Positions 49,045 to 60,223 of a DNA stretch of 64,000 nt are shown here, piece by piece (positions within the stretch are counted from its first letter, which is position 1; each line of letters starts with the position of its first letter). Below the pieces are notes generated by a model that was not told the DNA's origin, ran no database searches, and saw only the letters and a program-made list of their open reading frames with translations. Source of the stretch: Klebsormidium nitens (Eukaryota > Plantae > Klebsormidiophyceae); assembly GCA_000708835.1 (NCBI GenBank), contig DF237003.1, forward strand, positions 108,524 through 172,523. Direction: 5' to 3'. The translations under genes were made by a program, and so were the position numbers.

Positions 49045-49759
49045 TGCGAGCGACCTAGCGCCCAAGAAGGGGTCGGCGCTTCACAACCAATGAACGCGGG
49101 TCGGGTCCAGCGCAAATTGCTGCCCAATCTCAGCTAACTTAGGTGATCGACGTTTGCTTTTCAAATTTCAGAGACCACCACCACCACCTTGACTACTCAA
49201 CAAGATGCCTGCACCCTGCACAAGCTCTGGACAGTCTCCTTTGAGCTTCTCCAAAGGGCGATCAGAGCCTGTGGCCGGCCAAGGTTGATTAAAATTTAAA
49301 GGTATATATATTCCGGGCACAGCTTCCTTGGGGGCGGGGCAACCCAGTACGGTATAAGCGAATCGTCTGGACTCTGGCGCAACAGACTTTCCCCGGTGAC
49401 GACACCGGGGGATTTCCTGGAACGAGGGGGAGTGGTCAATGACAACAGCAGCCAAATCGCAATATAATAGAGGAGTTGTTGCTCGTCTTATGGGCCTTTG
49501 ATTCAATATGTCGTCGGACTCCATATAAGAATCAGATCAAACCTTTGAATATTTCAACAAGCACACAAAGTTCTTCAACTTCAATCTTCAGAATCAAGGC
49601 CCAGGCCCAGGGCCAGGGCACAAACGTACAGGCAGCAGGGGCAGCTGCAAAAGGAAAGCAGAGATAGCTGCAGTCAGATCATGCAGTTCTTTGAAGCTTG
49701 CCCCCATCAGACTGAGCTATGAAACTCTAGTACTCTCCACAAGTGTGAGCACCCCGAAG

Positions 49760-52700
49760 ATGGCGCCCAATTGGCACGTGGTTCCTTCGCAAGCATGGGT
49801 GCTGTTGGTCGTAATTTGCTGCCTTGGAACCGCCCATGTCACCGGCAGTATAATTGGAAATGCCAGTCTGTCAAGCAGTCTGCAGCTGGGTCTGCAATAC
49901 AAAGGCGTGGAATTGCATCATGCTAGGGCGCAAGACGTGGAGAGGAGGGGGCTGCTTGGAGAGGCAGACATGAAGATCTACGGCTCTGTTATAAAACGGG
50001 GGTGAGTCTTCTGAGCAGTCCGTACTTTGTGTTGGAGATTGAGGGCAGTCAAAAAAGGTATGTGATGCTCTTTATGCAATTGTATTGAACCAAGCTGCAG
50101 GAGAGTGTTATCTTTGCATTTCAGAATCCTCTAAAATGTGAGCTGGATCGCTGACTTCTATCACAGCTAAATTGCAACCAGGCAGAATCGGTCGCATAAC
50201 CCCTCCCCCGGCTGAAGTTTGGAAATGCACCTTACTAACCCGTTAGAAGTATGCCTTCCCCCTCAGCATCTGAGGTTGATGTTCAGCTGGTCACCAAAAT
50301 TCATGGGTTTTCTTTTAAAAGCAGTCATTTTAGGGTTTCGTCGCCTGACTCAAGGGTCAGGTCTTCAAGCACTTTCTTGCTTCTGCTTGCGATTGGTGCA
50401 GACCTGTGTTATTGCTGACTTGAAACAAGTTGAAGTTGGCGCCATCTTTAAAAGCTGTGTCTCCTCGACTGTAGCCCAAGTGCCTCCAAAGTTAGCTAGT
50501 CTTAGGTTTTCGGTTAGCTGCTGTTGCACCAATGGAGGTTTCAAGGAGTCAGCACAGCTCCTGTGTCAACTGATCAATTGCTGCGGCTTCCTTGAAGACA
50601 AACCCTGAAAGTACGAGTTACACATTTGAGGGAGGCTTTCGCTTGGGTCTTGCCTAGGTCATCTTGCTACTCACTCTAAGTCATCCCGGCCATCCTGTCC
50701 GATCTGCTTTTCTCATGCTTTCCTCACAGGTATTATTACGTGCCAGTCCGACTCGGCACCCCCCCCCAAGACTTTGCATTGATTGTTGACACTGGGAGCA
50801 CCGTCACGTATGTCCCATGCTCTACGTGCACACATTGCGGACAGCATGCGGTAGGTGTCCTCATCCCTTCTCAATGTCGTCACCCTGTTCAAGGACGCAT
50901 CTTAAAGTGGTCGTACAGGTTTGGCGGACGGCACCGCTTCGTCGGCCGATCACCACCTTGGACGGCTCTGGCGATTCAGATTCTAAAAAATCTGAGCTGC
51001 TGAGCTGCAAGCGCGCTTGCTATGCCTACTAGAGTTTGTTTGTTGCAAGCCGCCAGTCAGCAGTTTGAGGGCTGAGGGTCTGTGAGTTGCAGAGCTTCGG
51101 TCTGGGGTACGGAATCCGACAATCAGTCTCAACTACCGTATTTATATAAACTACGATACAAATATATTCTGATTATTCAAGAACGTAGTTAGTTTCCTTA
51201 CTTTTCAAGGTCACACCTGGCGGTCTGAGCTTCTCATTCTAATATCCTCTCCTTTGTCCTCTTTTCTTCTTTTCTAGAAGTTGTCTTCTCTGGCCCAGCA
51301 TCGGGACCGCCAGTCGATTCTACGGAACTTTTGTTGGATCGAAAAGGACACCTAGAAGCCTTGGTTTTTGTTACAGGATCCGCGCTTCACACCCTCCTCC
51401 TCAAGCACGTACCAGCCCCTAGTATGCAGCGATCCGGAATGCGAGTCTCGACAGTGCGATGCTGCGCAGCAGTGCAGGTAGGCTGAAGGCTGAAGGTAGC
51501 CAGCTGCCTTTATGACTGTTGTCTGCTTGTTTGGCCCGAGTCACTGAGATCTGAGACAGTTGCTCCCCAAAGAGAAGTCGCTTAAGAACGTCGTCTCGAC
51601 ATTCTTCCGACCAGGTTTGCTATACTCCGCAGCGAGCATGGCTGATGATTTTGAATATTGATCGATCTGAGCGTGCAAAGGGTACCGTATGGGCAGGAAG
51701 TGTACATCCAAACAATTGGCAGAGTGGGGGCAAGGAGAATTGGTACCCGAAAGAAGCTGAGGCGGGAGGCTGTGGGAAATTGCTTATGTCACTGGGCTTT
51801 GGTATTCGAGGCTCGGGGCCGTGAGTCCGATCGGAGGCTGTCCGGCTGTCGAGATCGCGCAGAATCCAGTGATTAAACCGTCGATCTGATTTATGTACCG
51901 AGTGTTGTCACCAATGTCCAACAGGCCCCCGCCTCAGCTGCTTTCCTGTCCCGCTCCTCCTTGTTCCCACTCTGGCAGGTTGATCTGCACCTCGTATGGT
52001 CCCCTCCCGATTTTGTGGGGGATTCTTGTGTAGTAGGGTAGTAGTTGGCGATAAGGATTTCAGAGACGGAATTCTGCATGGGTTGTTCAAGTCCTGTATC
52101 CTCTTTCTTAACAACCAGAACACAGTTCTTTCCTGCGCTCGTTCGTCCGTTCGGGCAAGAGGTTTGACGGCTCATGACCATGACGTCACATCACGTCACA
52201 GAGCTTTTCACTCTTCTAAACAGAGATGATCCGGTTCTGTCAAACCATTCTGATATCAGCACTCTTGATGAGCTTCCCGAATACCGTAGTCCAAGGTAAT
52301 GATCCAAATAAATAAATAAATAATTATATGCATTCGGAAAGTCAGAAATTCGGATTTTGCGTTCGGAAAGTGGAAATTCGGAAAGGTTAACTAATTCTAG
52401 AATGGTCCTCGGAAGCCCTAAAACGGCCAAAATCAGCCTCCAAATCCCCTTCTTACTGGGAACATAGGGCATTCGGATTGTTGTCGTAATCTGCATATAT
52501 ATTTCCGCTTTCCTGGTCGGATTGTTNNNNNNNNNNNNNNNNNNNNTAGAAGCTCTTCGTTTCTGTCACAGGTACCAACGTCACTATGCCGAGATGAGCA
52601 GCACCAGCGGCCTCGTTGCCACTGACGTCATCGACTTTTTCGCTCACCACACACTCGGCGAGCCCCGCATCATGTTCGGGTGCGAGTTGATCGAAACGGG

Positions 52701-55700
52701 GGACTTGTATACGCAACAGGCTGACGGGATCACGGGGCTTGGTGGGTTGTGCTGGTTTGGTGTCCCTTCTCGTTTCGTTTATCCTTCGTCTCGTCCTTCT
52801 TGTCGGTCTTGCTTCTGTCTATGTTATCTCCGAAGTGAAGTATTTGTGTCAGCAAGCGTCAAGACTTTCTCGATAGTTGGCAGGAGCTTACTTAAAGGAC
52901 CACCATTAGCTTCGAAGAGTTTCGGACCTGCTTTTGTCGACTTTTGTTGGGATGTCTGGGGTACTTTCCGCATCAAACAACGACGTCCCTTCCCCAAGTC
53001 GCAGATGCTTATGCCGCCTCTCGACATCACTTCTCGTAACTATCAGAGGATGCATGACATCACCTCCTCCGCCATGTTCGAAACCGTGACGTCAACTCTG
53101 TTGGCGCCCTGTTAAACGACCCTATTTTGTGATTGCTTCTCTCAGGGCGGGGTCACTTCTCGATCGTGACCCAAATGGCTAACCAGGGCGCGATGGAGGA
53201 CGTGTTTTCGCTCTGCTACGGGGGGATGGAAAAGGGCAACGGAATGATGGTATTGGGTGCTGACCAACCCCCCCCAGATATGAAGTTCACGCCCTTCGAC
53301 CCGGCCCGAGAGTGAGAACACGCCTTCATCCTCTAGTTTGTTTTTCCGAGTGAGGGGCACAATGTAAAATGGTTATTCAGCAAAGGCGACCCGTGTGCCT
53401 GTCGGAACTCCGGTGCTGTCACTTTGGAGGCAGTTTGTCTTTCTATGTTATCGTAATCGTCAGATGCACGGCAGGATTCAGATCCAACGGCTTACGCAAT
53501 GGACACCCTGGTTTCTCAAAGCCTTGGATGATGTGAAACAAGGTCCAGGGTCGTTCCGCTGACGAATTGACTGTCCTTGTCTTTGCTCCTTGAAGAAAAG
53601 CGAAGACTAGGACCTGGCTCCTTAGAGCATCGAACTGCCTCTCATGGGCGTCCCGAATAAATTCAACCATTCTTTGTTGGTCGTCGTCCGCTATCTCGCA
53701 GTCACTTTCCACCCATGCGGTTTTCGGAATCTTTACAGACTGCTGGAACTCATCTAATCAAAGAGAGACAGCTCGTCCGAACCCACCTCAAACGAACGCT
53801 CCTAACCCAGCTATTTGGCCGTCCGCACCCCCCTTGCAACCATACGTTTTTTAAAAATCGGTTGCAGATTCCTCCTTATGGAATTGTATCTCGCCAAAAG
53901 ACCACTCGACAGCTTGTTTGAATCCACCTGAACGCACCTTTCCTGACCCACCTCTCCCAAACGTGCATAACCCACCTGTAACGGACGTCCTTCACCCACC
54001 TCTTGTGAGGTTTTCAACCCACCTACAAAAGACGTTTTTAACCCACTTCTCATGGACGTCCCTAACCCACCTACAACGGACGTTCCTAACCCAGTTGATC
54101 GGACGTCCGCACTCCGCTTGCAGGCGCAGCCCGTACTACAGCCTGGTCATTGCGGGCATGAGCGTCGGGGGGAGAGCCCTCTCGCTCGCGAGCACCGCGT
54201 TCCAGAACGGTTACGGGGCGGTCCTTGATAGCGGGACCACGTTTACGTACCTCCCGCCGCCCGTGTGGGCAGTGTTTCAATCGCAGGTGAGGGGCCGCGG
54301 TTGCTTTGTGGTACGTGAGTAAGGTTTTGAATCCGAAACTCTTCGGAGTCCCTTGAGCAGTATCCGAAAAGCAGGTTAGGGGCCTCTATTTTTGCGCGAA
54401 ACTCGAGAAAGGTTTCGTATTGGAAGTCTCCGAAACCTTTCTGTTGAGAAACCGCGCTGTCAAAGCGCATTCCGAAGTCGGATGTTTGGAACTCGTCCGG
54501 GTCCGCTTCGAGCATCAGAGTTGGTGAGCGTCATTGCGCGCAGAAAGGCCTGGCTGATTTTGGTCGTTCCAAGACGTTCTGACTGGGTTAGCGAGTGTCG
54601 AGGTTATTCGATACCAGCCCTTGCTTTGTTGTGTATGACAAACCAGGTTCTGAGGTACTTCTTCGTGTGTTCAGCACAAAGCGGGTTTTCTTTGCGCGAT
54701 GCTGTTGGACAAACTGACCAGTCGAGGTGTTGTGTAAGACTCAGAGGCACAAAATCTTTCCTTTTCTCCTCGCCTCAGTCACTTGCGAGTTCCCCTCTTT
54801 CAGATTCCCATCTTTCTTCTACTGATCCAACCAGCCCAGGTCTGCTTTCGGGCAGAATTCCACCGCTAAGAGGAATCTGCACGTTTTTCCTTCTCCAGAC
54901 TTCCTCTTCCAATCCGCGTCCTCTTTCCATTTCCCAGTTCTTGGCGGGGATCAAGCTCCCGCGAATTGCCGGCCCCGATCCTAAGCACACATCTTCTCAG
55001 ACTCTCTCGATTCCGTGTCGAAACATTCATTGCCAACTCTTCCTTTTTCCGTTTCCCAGTTCTTGGCGGGAATCAAGCTCCCCCGCATTCCCGGCCCCGA
55101 TGCCACGTACCCCGACGTGGGATTCAACTCGTCCGCGCGACAGCTTTTATCAGGAGTTACTCCCGTAAATGCCCTTTCCCAAATATCCGCTTTCAAAGTT
55201 TTCTTTTTCCATCTTCCAGTTCCTGGCCGGAATCAAGCTCCCCCGCATTGCCGGCCCCGATCCCAAGTACCCGGACATCTGCTTCTCAGGCGCAGGGGAC
55301 GATCTCACGCAGCTCGCCGCGCACTTCCCGACGGTCTCCTTCGAAATGGGGGGATGGCAGGGGGCCCCCTGGAGCCTGGAGCTAGCCCCCGAAAACTTTT
55401 TGTTCAAGCACGCCGAGCCGGGCGCCTACTGCCTCGGGTTGTTTGAGAACCAGGACCAGGGGTCGCTGATTGGAGGTGAGACTTTATTCCAACTTTCTTT
55501 CTTTTGCAGGTTATAATGTACCACTCAATAATCGTTTCGTTTGCAATCTAAGTTGCCTTTGGAAAGGATGCTTCCTAGTCTCAATTCAGAAGGGTTCTGT
55601 GATTAGTCTGGCCAGCCGATGCCAAAGAAAGGGCATCAGAACAAGATTGGTTGATCGTTTCTGTAGCGGTGTTTGTTTGCTCGGATACGGACCTGATGGT

Positions 55701-58700
55701 CATGATCGATCTCTCCCTTCTGCGAGCTGGTTGGTCTGGGATTGATAATCACATATGCGGTGGGTCCAATTATTGAAGACGGGAATGATGTAGTGGACAA
55801 TGTGTATCGTGCATCTGACCGGGGAGCACCAATCTGCAGCCAGCGTCTTGTGAAGACTAGATGCAAAAGGCTTTGTTCTGCTGAGGTATGGGAGCGGGCA
55901 CAGATCTCTCATCAGATCCCAGCTTATAGTGTTGCACTGCCATCCTTACCTTGTGGTCACTCAGGATCTGTGGAGCTAAGTTGATTGTGTCGAACGATCT
56001 CATTGTTACAAAGGTTCTGCTTATGCTTCCACAAAGGTCCTTCTTTTATCGTATGTTCACAGTACCAACTGTCGAAACGTTCGATTAACCGAGTCTTCTT
56101 TCTTCACCAGGAGTCGCCGTGCTCATAGTTGGACTCATTGAATGCTTGTGAATCTGCCCTGCTTTTCTTGCCGTCCAAGTGACGCCTTGTCGCCTTCCTT
56201 TGCTAGGCATCACCGTTCGCAACATGCTGGTTCGCTACGACCGCGTTAACAACCGCTTCGGCTTCGTCCGCCGGGACTGCGCCGATCTCCTCGACGCCCC
56301 CAAACAAACCGCCTCCCCAGAATCGACCCAGGCTCCGGTTCCGGTTCCGTCAAGCGGACAGACGGAAACGGAACCAGAGACGGCCGGAACGCATGCCCCT
56401 GCAACCCTTCCGCCGTCCCCCCCAGAAAAGACCCAAAGCGCTTCGCCCACGCAAGGGGCGGGAATGGGCTCTCCACCACCACCTGTGGAAGGTACGAGGG
56501 AATTTGTTGAACGACTTTCCAGCAAATACTGAATTCCAACCTGTCATGCTTCTCTTGAACTGTAGTCCATTTACGGCACGAACTTTTCTATGTGTTGGAT
56601 GAGTTCCTAACTACGCACAGACCAACCTTTCCTTAGACCTGTGATGGAAAAGGGAAGGCTAGCCGTGTCGAGTGACTCTTTCATGCTTTGCTGCCAGTGA
56701 AAGATTTCGGTAGCCTGAGAAGCGCAGTAGCACGAGGTCTTGAGTACGTCATTGCAATGGCAGTGAGACCTAAAAAAGTTATCTCTCTTTGCTCTGTGCA
56801 GCGTGTGCCACGTGTCGAGTTGGGGAGATCCGCGTGAGCATGGAGCTTATGATCGACATGGAAACGTGGAACCGCCTGACGCCCATCTTTGTGGATGATC
56901 TTTCACAACAGCTGCAAGTTGCATCGACCCAGGTAGGCCCCTTATCCGTTTAAACCTGGTGCATGGTAGTTAAGTGTTTGCATCTCGTATTTATCGGGTT
57001 AGTCTGGTCCACGTGGGGATACGGGTGCGGTTCACGTGGTCACAGATGCAGTGGACACAGATGCAGAGCGCGTAAACCCCTTAGGTTAGCCCTTTCCTTA
57101 GATTAGCCCTTTCAGCGTCTGTTACATACTGTTTACTGTGGCCTTGCAAGTCACAAAATCAAAGTATCATATATGAAGCCTTCCAGGAGGCGTATCCTTC
57201 TTTTGATTGCTTCTACTGGTCGCCTTGGGAAACCAGAGCGAGTCCTCGGGGTCTGAGTTGGAACTGTAGAGCATGAGCAATCCGAGTAGGCAATGAAGAT
57301 GATAAGATAGTTTTGTCCCTCCAAAAGCTCGAAACGTTTGATCACTGTAAGTCAGTATGTCGGGGTCTCTTACACAATGTGATCGCCGCAGGTTGCTGTT
57401 CGAGCAGTAGGACCCGTCAAAAACCCCCTTCAGCCATCCTTCTTTGAAAAAGTTGCTCAAATGGCCATGCGGATAAATTCAACCCAAGGGTATTAACCCA
57501 ACCGACAGCTTCTTCGAGATGCGGACTGTAATTACTGCTTAAGCACTTGCAGATGGCTCACGTTAATCAAGGACAACATATGAATTCCAAGTAAGCCCCT
57601 GAATGAGATTCCCGCCCTTTCTCCTCACAGTTTTAAGTAGTGGGAGCCCGGCGACTCCCCTCTTCCCGTGGAGGGGTGTCAGTAGACCTGGTGATCCATT
57701 CCGGGCCCGAGAGAATATCGAACAAAACCCCGTTAAGTACTTGCCAATGGCCCCTAAAATAAGACCCCTCTTTTCGGCCCTCTTTTCGCAGTTGGAAGTA
57801 GTGGGCGCCCGGCGGCTTCCCACCCCCCCGGGGGGGGTGTCAGTAGATTTAGTAATTCACCCCGGGCCCGGGTTGGCCGCGTTTGAATCCGGGGGGGAGC
57901 AGCGGATTGTGGGCGGGCTAGAAAGGAACGAGGTGGTCCTTCCCGAGGTCTTCGGGGAGTACAGCGTAACCAGCATACACCGGCTGCCGGCAGGGGCCGC
58001 CGCGGCGCCAATGTAAGAGCTTTTGCGACTTTTGGCCAGTCGGGGCTTCGCTTGTGAATCCAAGTCTGCGCGTTGAAATGCACTTTGCGACTATTGCTCA
58101 CATTGAATTCGTTGCAATATAGCTGAGCGTAAGGATTCATGCGTTGAGTGCTCAAGCGGGGCTTCCTAGGCAATTGCCGGATGCCGGCCGTGGCGGTGGC
58201 GGTGCCGACGTAAGCGGTCCATGCAATGTTTGCTCAGTCGGGGGTTCTCAAGCCTGCGGTTGTTTGGCAGTTTGCGGTTGCTGCTCTTATGTGCAATCGT
58301 TGCTTTATTGCTGCAATCAATGCGTTAAGGGTTTATTCGTTGTGTGCCTAGCTGGGCCTTCTTGATGAATGCAATCGTGCTGACTGCCTGGGTGTGCGCT
58401 TGCTGCACCAATGTGAGAACCTGTGCTTTACCGCTGAACGTAAGGGGTTATGCGGATTTTTAGCAACCGGGGCTTCTTTCTTCTTTTCAATCTGCTCAGG
58501 GATTGAGGTTTGCGGTCGGTCCCTTGAGTGTGAGGTTCTTGCAGGGCTGCTGCGAAGATTGTGACGATCGGTCGGTGTTTGCCGCCGGTCGGCCTTTTCT
58601 CGCTTCGTTTGGCGGAGAATTGGATGTTCTTATGGACGCTGCTGATGAAACCCTGTCGGAACGTTTTATCTGCAGCTGCTCCGAGATTTCACTTTCTGCT

Positions 58701-59105
58701 GTGCAGCCTTCGTCATAAGGCCCATCGCTTTTTTGAATCTCGACAACGTAGTTCTGAATCGTATCAGACGCACGTATTTGCATCTTCGTCTCTTAAGTTC
58801 GCTGGGAATGTCACTTCATAACAAACTCTTGCAGTCGCAGATCTCCTCTATTTGGGATTCCGTGCTTTTGTTTCAGGGCCGCCACACAAACTGCGGCGAG
58901 GGCTGTTGGCAAAGTTGTCGGAACCCTAGCGGGGGTAGCGGTTCTGCTGGCGGGTCTAGGTTACTTGGGTTACAGGAGTTGGACAAAGAGGAACGCTTCG
59001 AAGTATGTAACCATGGAGCAAATAGAAGAAAACGAAGCGGAGAGGGAAGTGTTGAGACCGCCCGAGGGTGAGGATATTGAGTTAGCCGAGTCACAGAGGA
59101 CATAG
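49760..59105 (+). CDS. A1-family (pepsin-like) aspartic protease with signal peptide, Pro/Thr-rich linker and C-terminal transmembrane anchor, ~11 exons
   Basis: Catalytic motifs LIVDTGSTVTYVPC (~50780) and AVLDSGTTFTYLP (~54225). Also FGCELIETGDLYTQQADGI.GLGRG, FSLCYGG, YCLGLF, GGITVRNMLVRYDR. The last exon (~58878-59105) gives TM VVGTLAGVAVLLAGLGYLGY. A 20-N gap lies in an intron. Confidence 0.9.
52527..52546. other. Assembly gap (20 N)
   Basis: Run of n characters, preceded by TTCGGA-rich sequence and followed ~20 bp later by a splice acceptor. Confidence 1.
53915..54115 (+). repeat. 24-bp intronic minisatellite (~8 units, consensus near CTAACCCACCTACAACGGACGTYC) ending at the acceptor
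   Basis: ACCCAC-type marker at 53946, 53970, 53994, 54017, 54041, 54065 and 54089. A partial earlier block lies at 53775-53840. Acceptor CAG at 54121-54123. Confidence 0.85.
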
Positions 59106-60223
59106 TACATGCCATTTAATCATTTTCAAAGAAATGCAACATGCTCTCCCGCTTTAGCAGCCACGCCGGTTTGAGTAACTTGTCATTTTTGAACAGCGTG
59201 CACGGGTTGAGCGCGAAACCCGAGGGGTTAGCAAATGAATGATCCACTTGATTACTTGCGGTCGGTCACGCGTACGTCCCATGTTAGAATGAGCGCCGGG
59301 AATCATGCAAGCTTGGAGCCTGTACATGTCTGTACGCAATCTATGTGGCATGCTTCAATCAAGACTTTAGATCAGTGCATGTATGGAGTGATCATTGAAG
59401 CTGGTCACGGCGCTGGCACATGATGCAGTGACGTACTGCCTTTCGATCAAAATTGGCAATCGAAAAATTGAATCAGCGCGGCCTATATGGATCTGCATCG
59501 CGATCTGGATCTGGACCGCCCAGCTGGATCGGATCTGTAGCTAGATCGGTGAGCACATGTCGGCACAACCCCGGGCCTGTAGTCTGTCAGGTATAGTACG
59601 CGGCTGCACCTGTAAAGTATGGAATATCTATATCCAATTGCAACGCAATAGGACATGGCGTGTCCAATCTGCCTAGTATACTGAGTGCATGCAAGTTCAA
59701 ATGGCATGCAAGATATACAAGACTCAAAGAAATCGCGACGGTGGACAGTCATATCGTGAGGCCTGCAACGTCTGTTTCAGTTCGCGACTCTGACTTCCTG
59801 GAAATTGCGCGTTGCAGCTCTATCTGATGCAGCCACTGTCTGGCATCTCTATGTACAAGCACGCGAACCACCCACGTCTCTTATAGGAACATTGACGTCC
59901 ACAAGGAGAAATCTCGTTATGTACTGGCCTCAGCCGATGCGGGCCATGATCTCCCGCAAGTCGAACTTAACTCGAACCTGATCAGAGTTGCGTTTGTCCT
60001 ACAAGTTGATCCTTGATCGACCACTTGCAATATGTACCCGCAGAAGTCACTCGGACCGTCCAGTGCAATATGTACAGATCATGTGACAGTCGACCTACTG
60101 TAAGACAAGCCTGAAACTCATCCCGAACACCGATACAGCAACCAGCTACTATTTACAAGAAGAACTATATTTGACAACCACCATGCAGTGCTACATGAAG
60201 CCCAAAAGCTGGGGCCAACAAAG

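Noticed and set aside
49391-49410. CCCCGGTG-ACGA-CACCGGGG hairpin as terminator or ncRNA
   Set aside because: An 8-bp stem in a eukaryotic bidirectional promoter gap; too short to distinguish from chance.
56995-57100. Further degenerate copy of the core (GGGATACGGGTGCGG...TTAGGTTAG)
   Set aside because: It needs a large insertion to align and has no convincing arms; left as a weak candidate.
58503-58821. Protease terminal exon candidates at ~58.5 kb
   Set aside because: No transmembrane segment; the exon at ~58878-59105 fits phase and the expected anchor.
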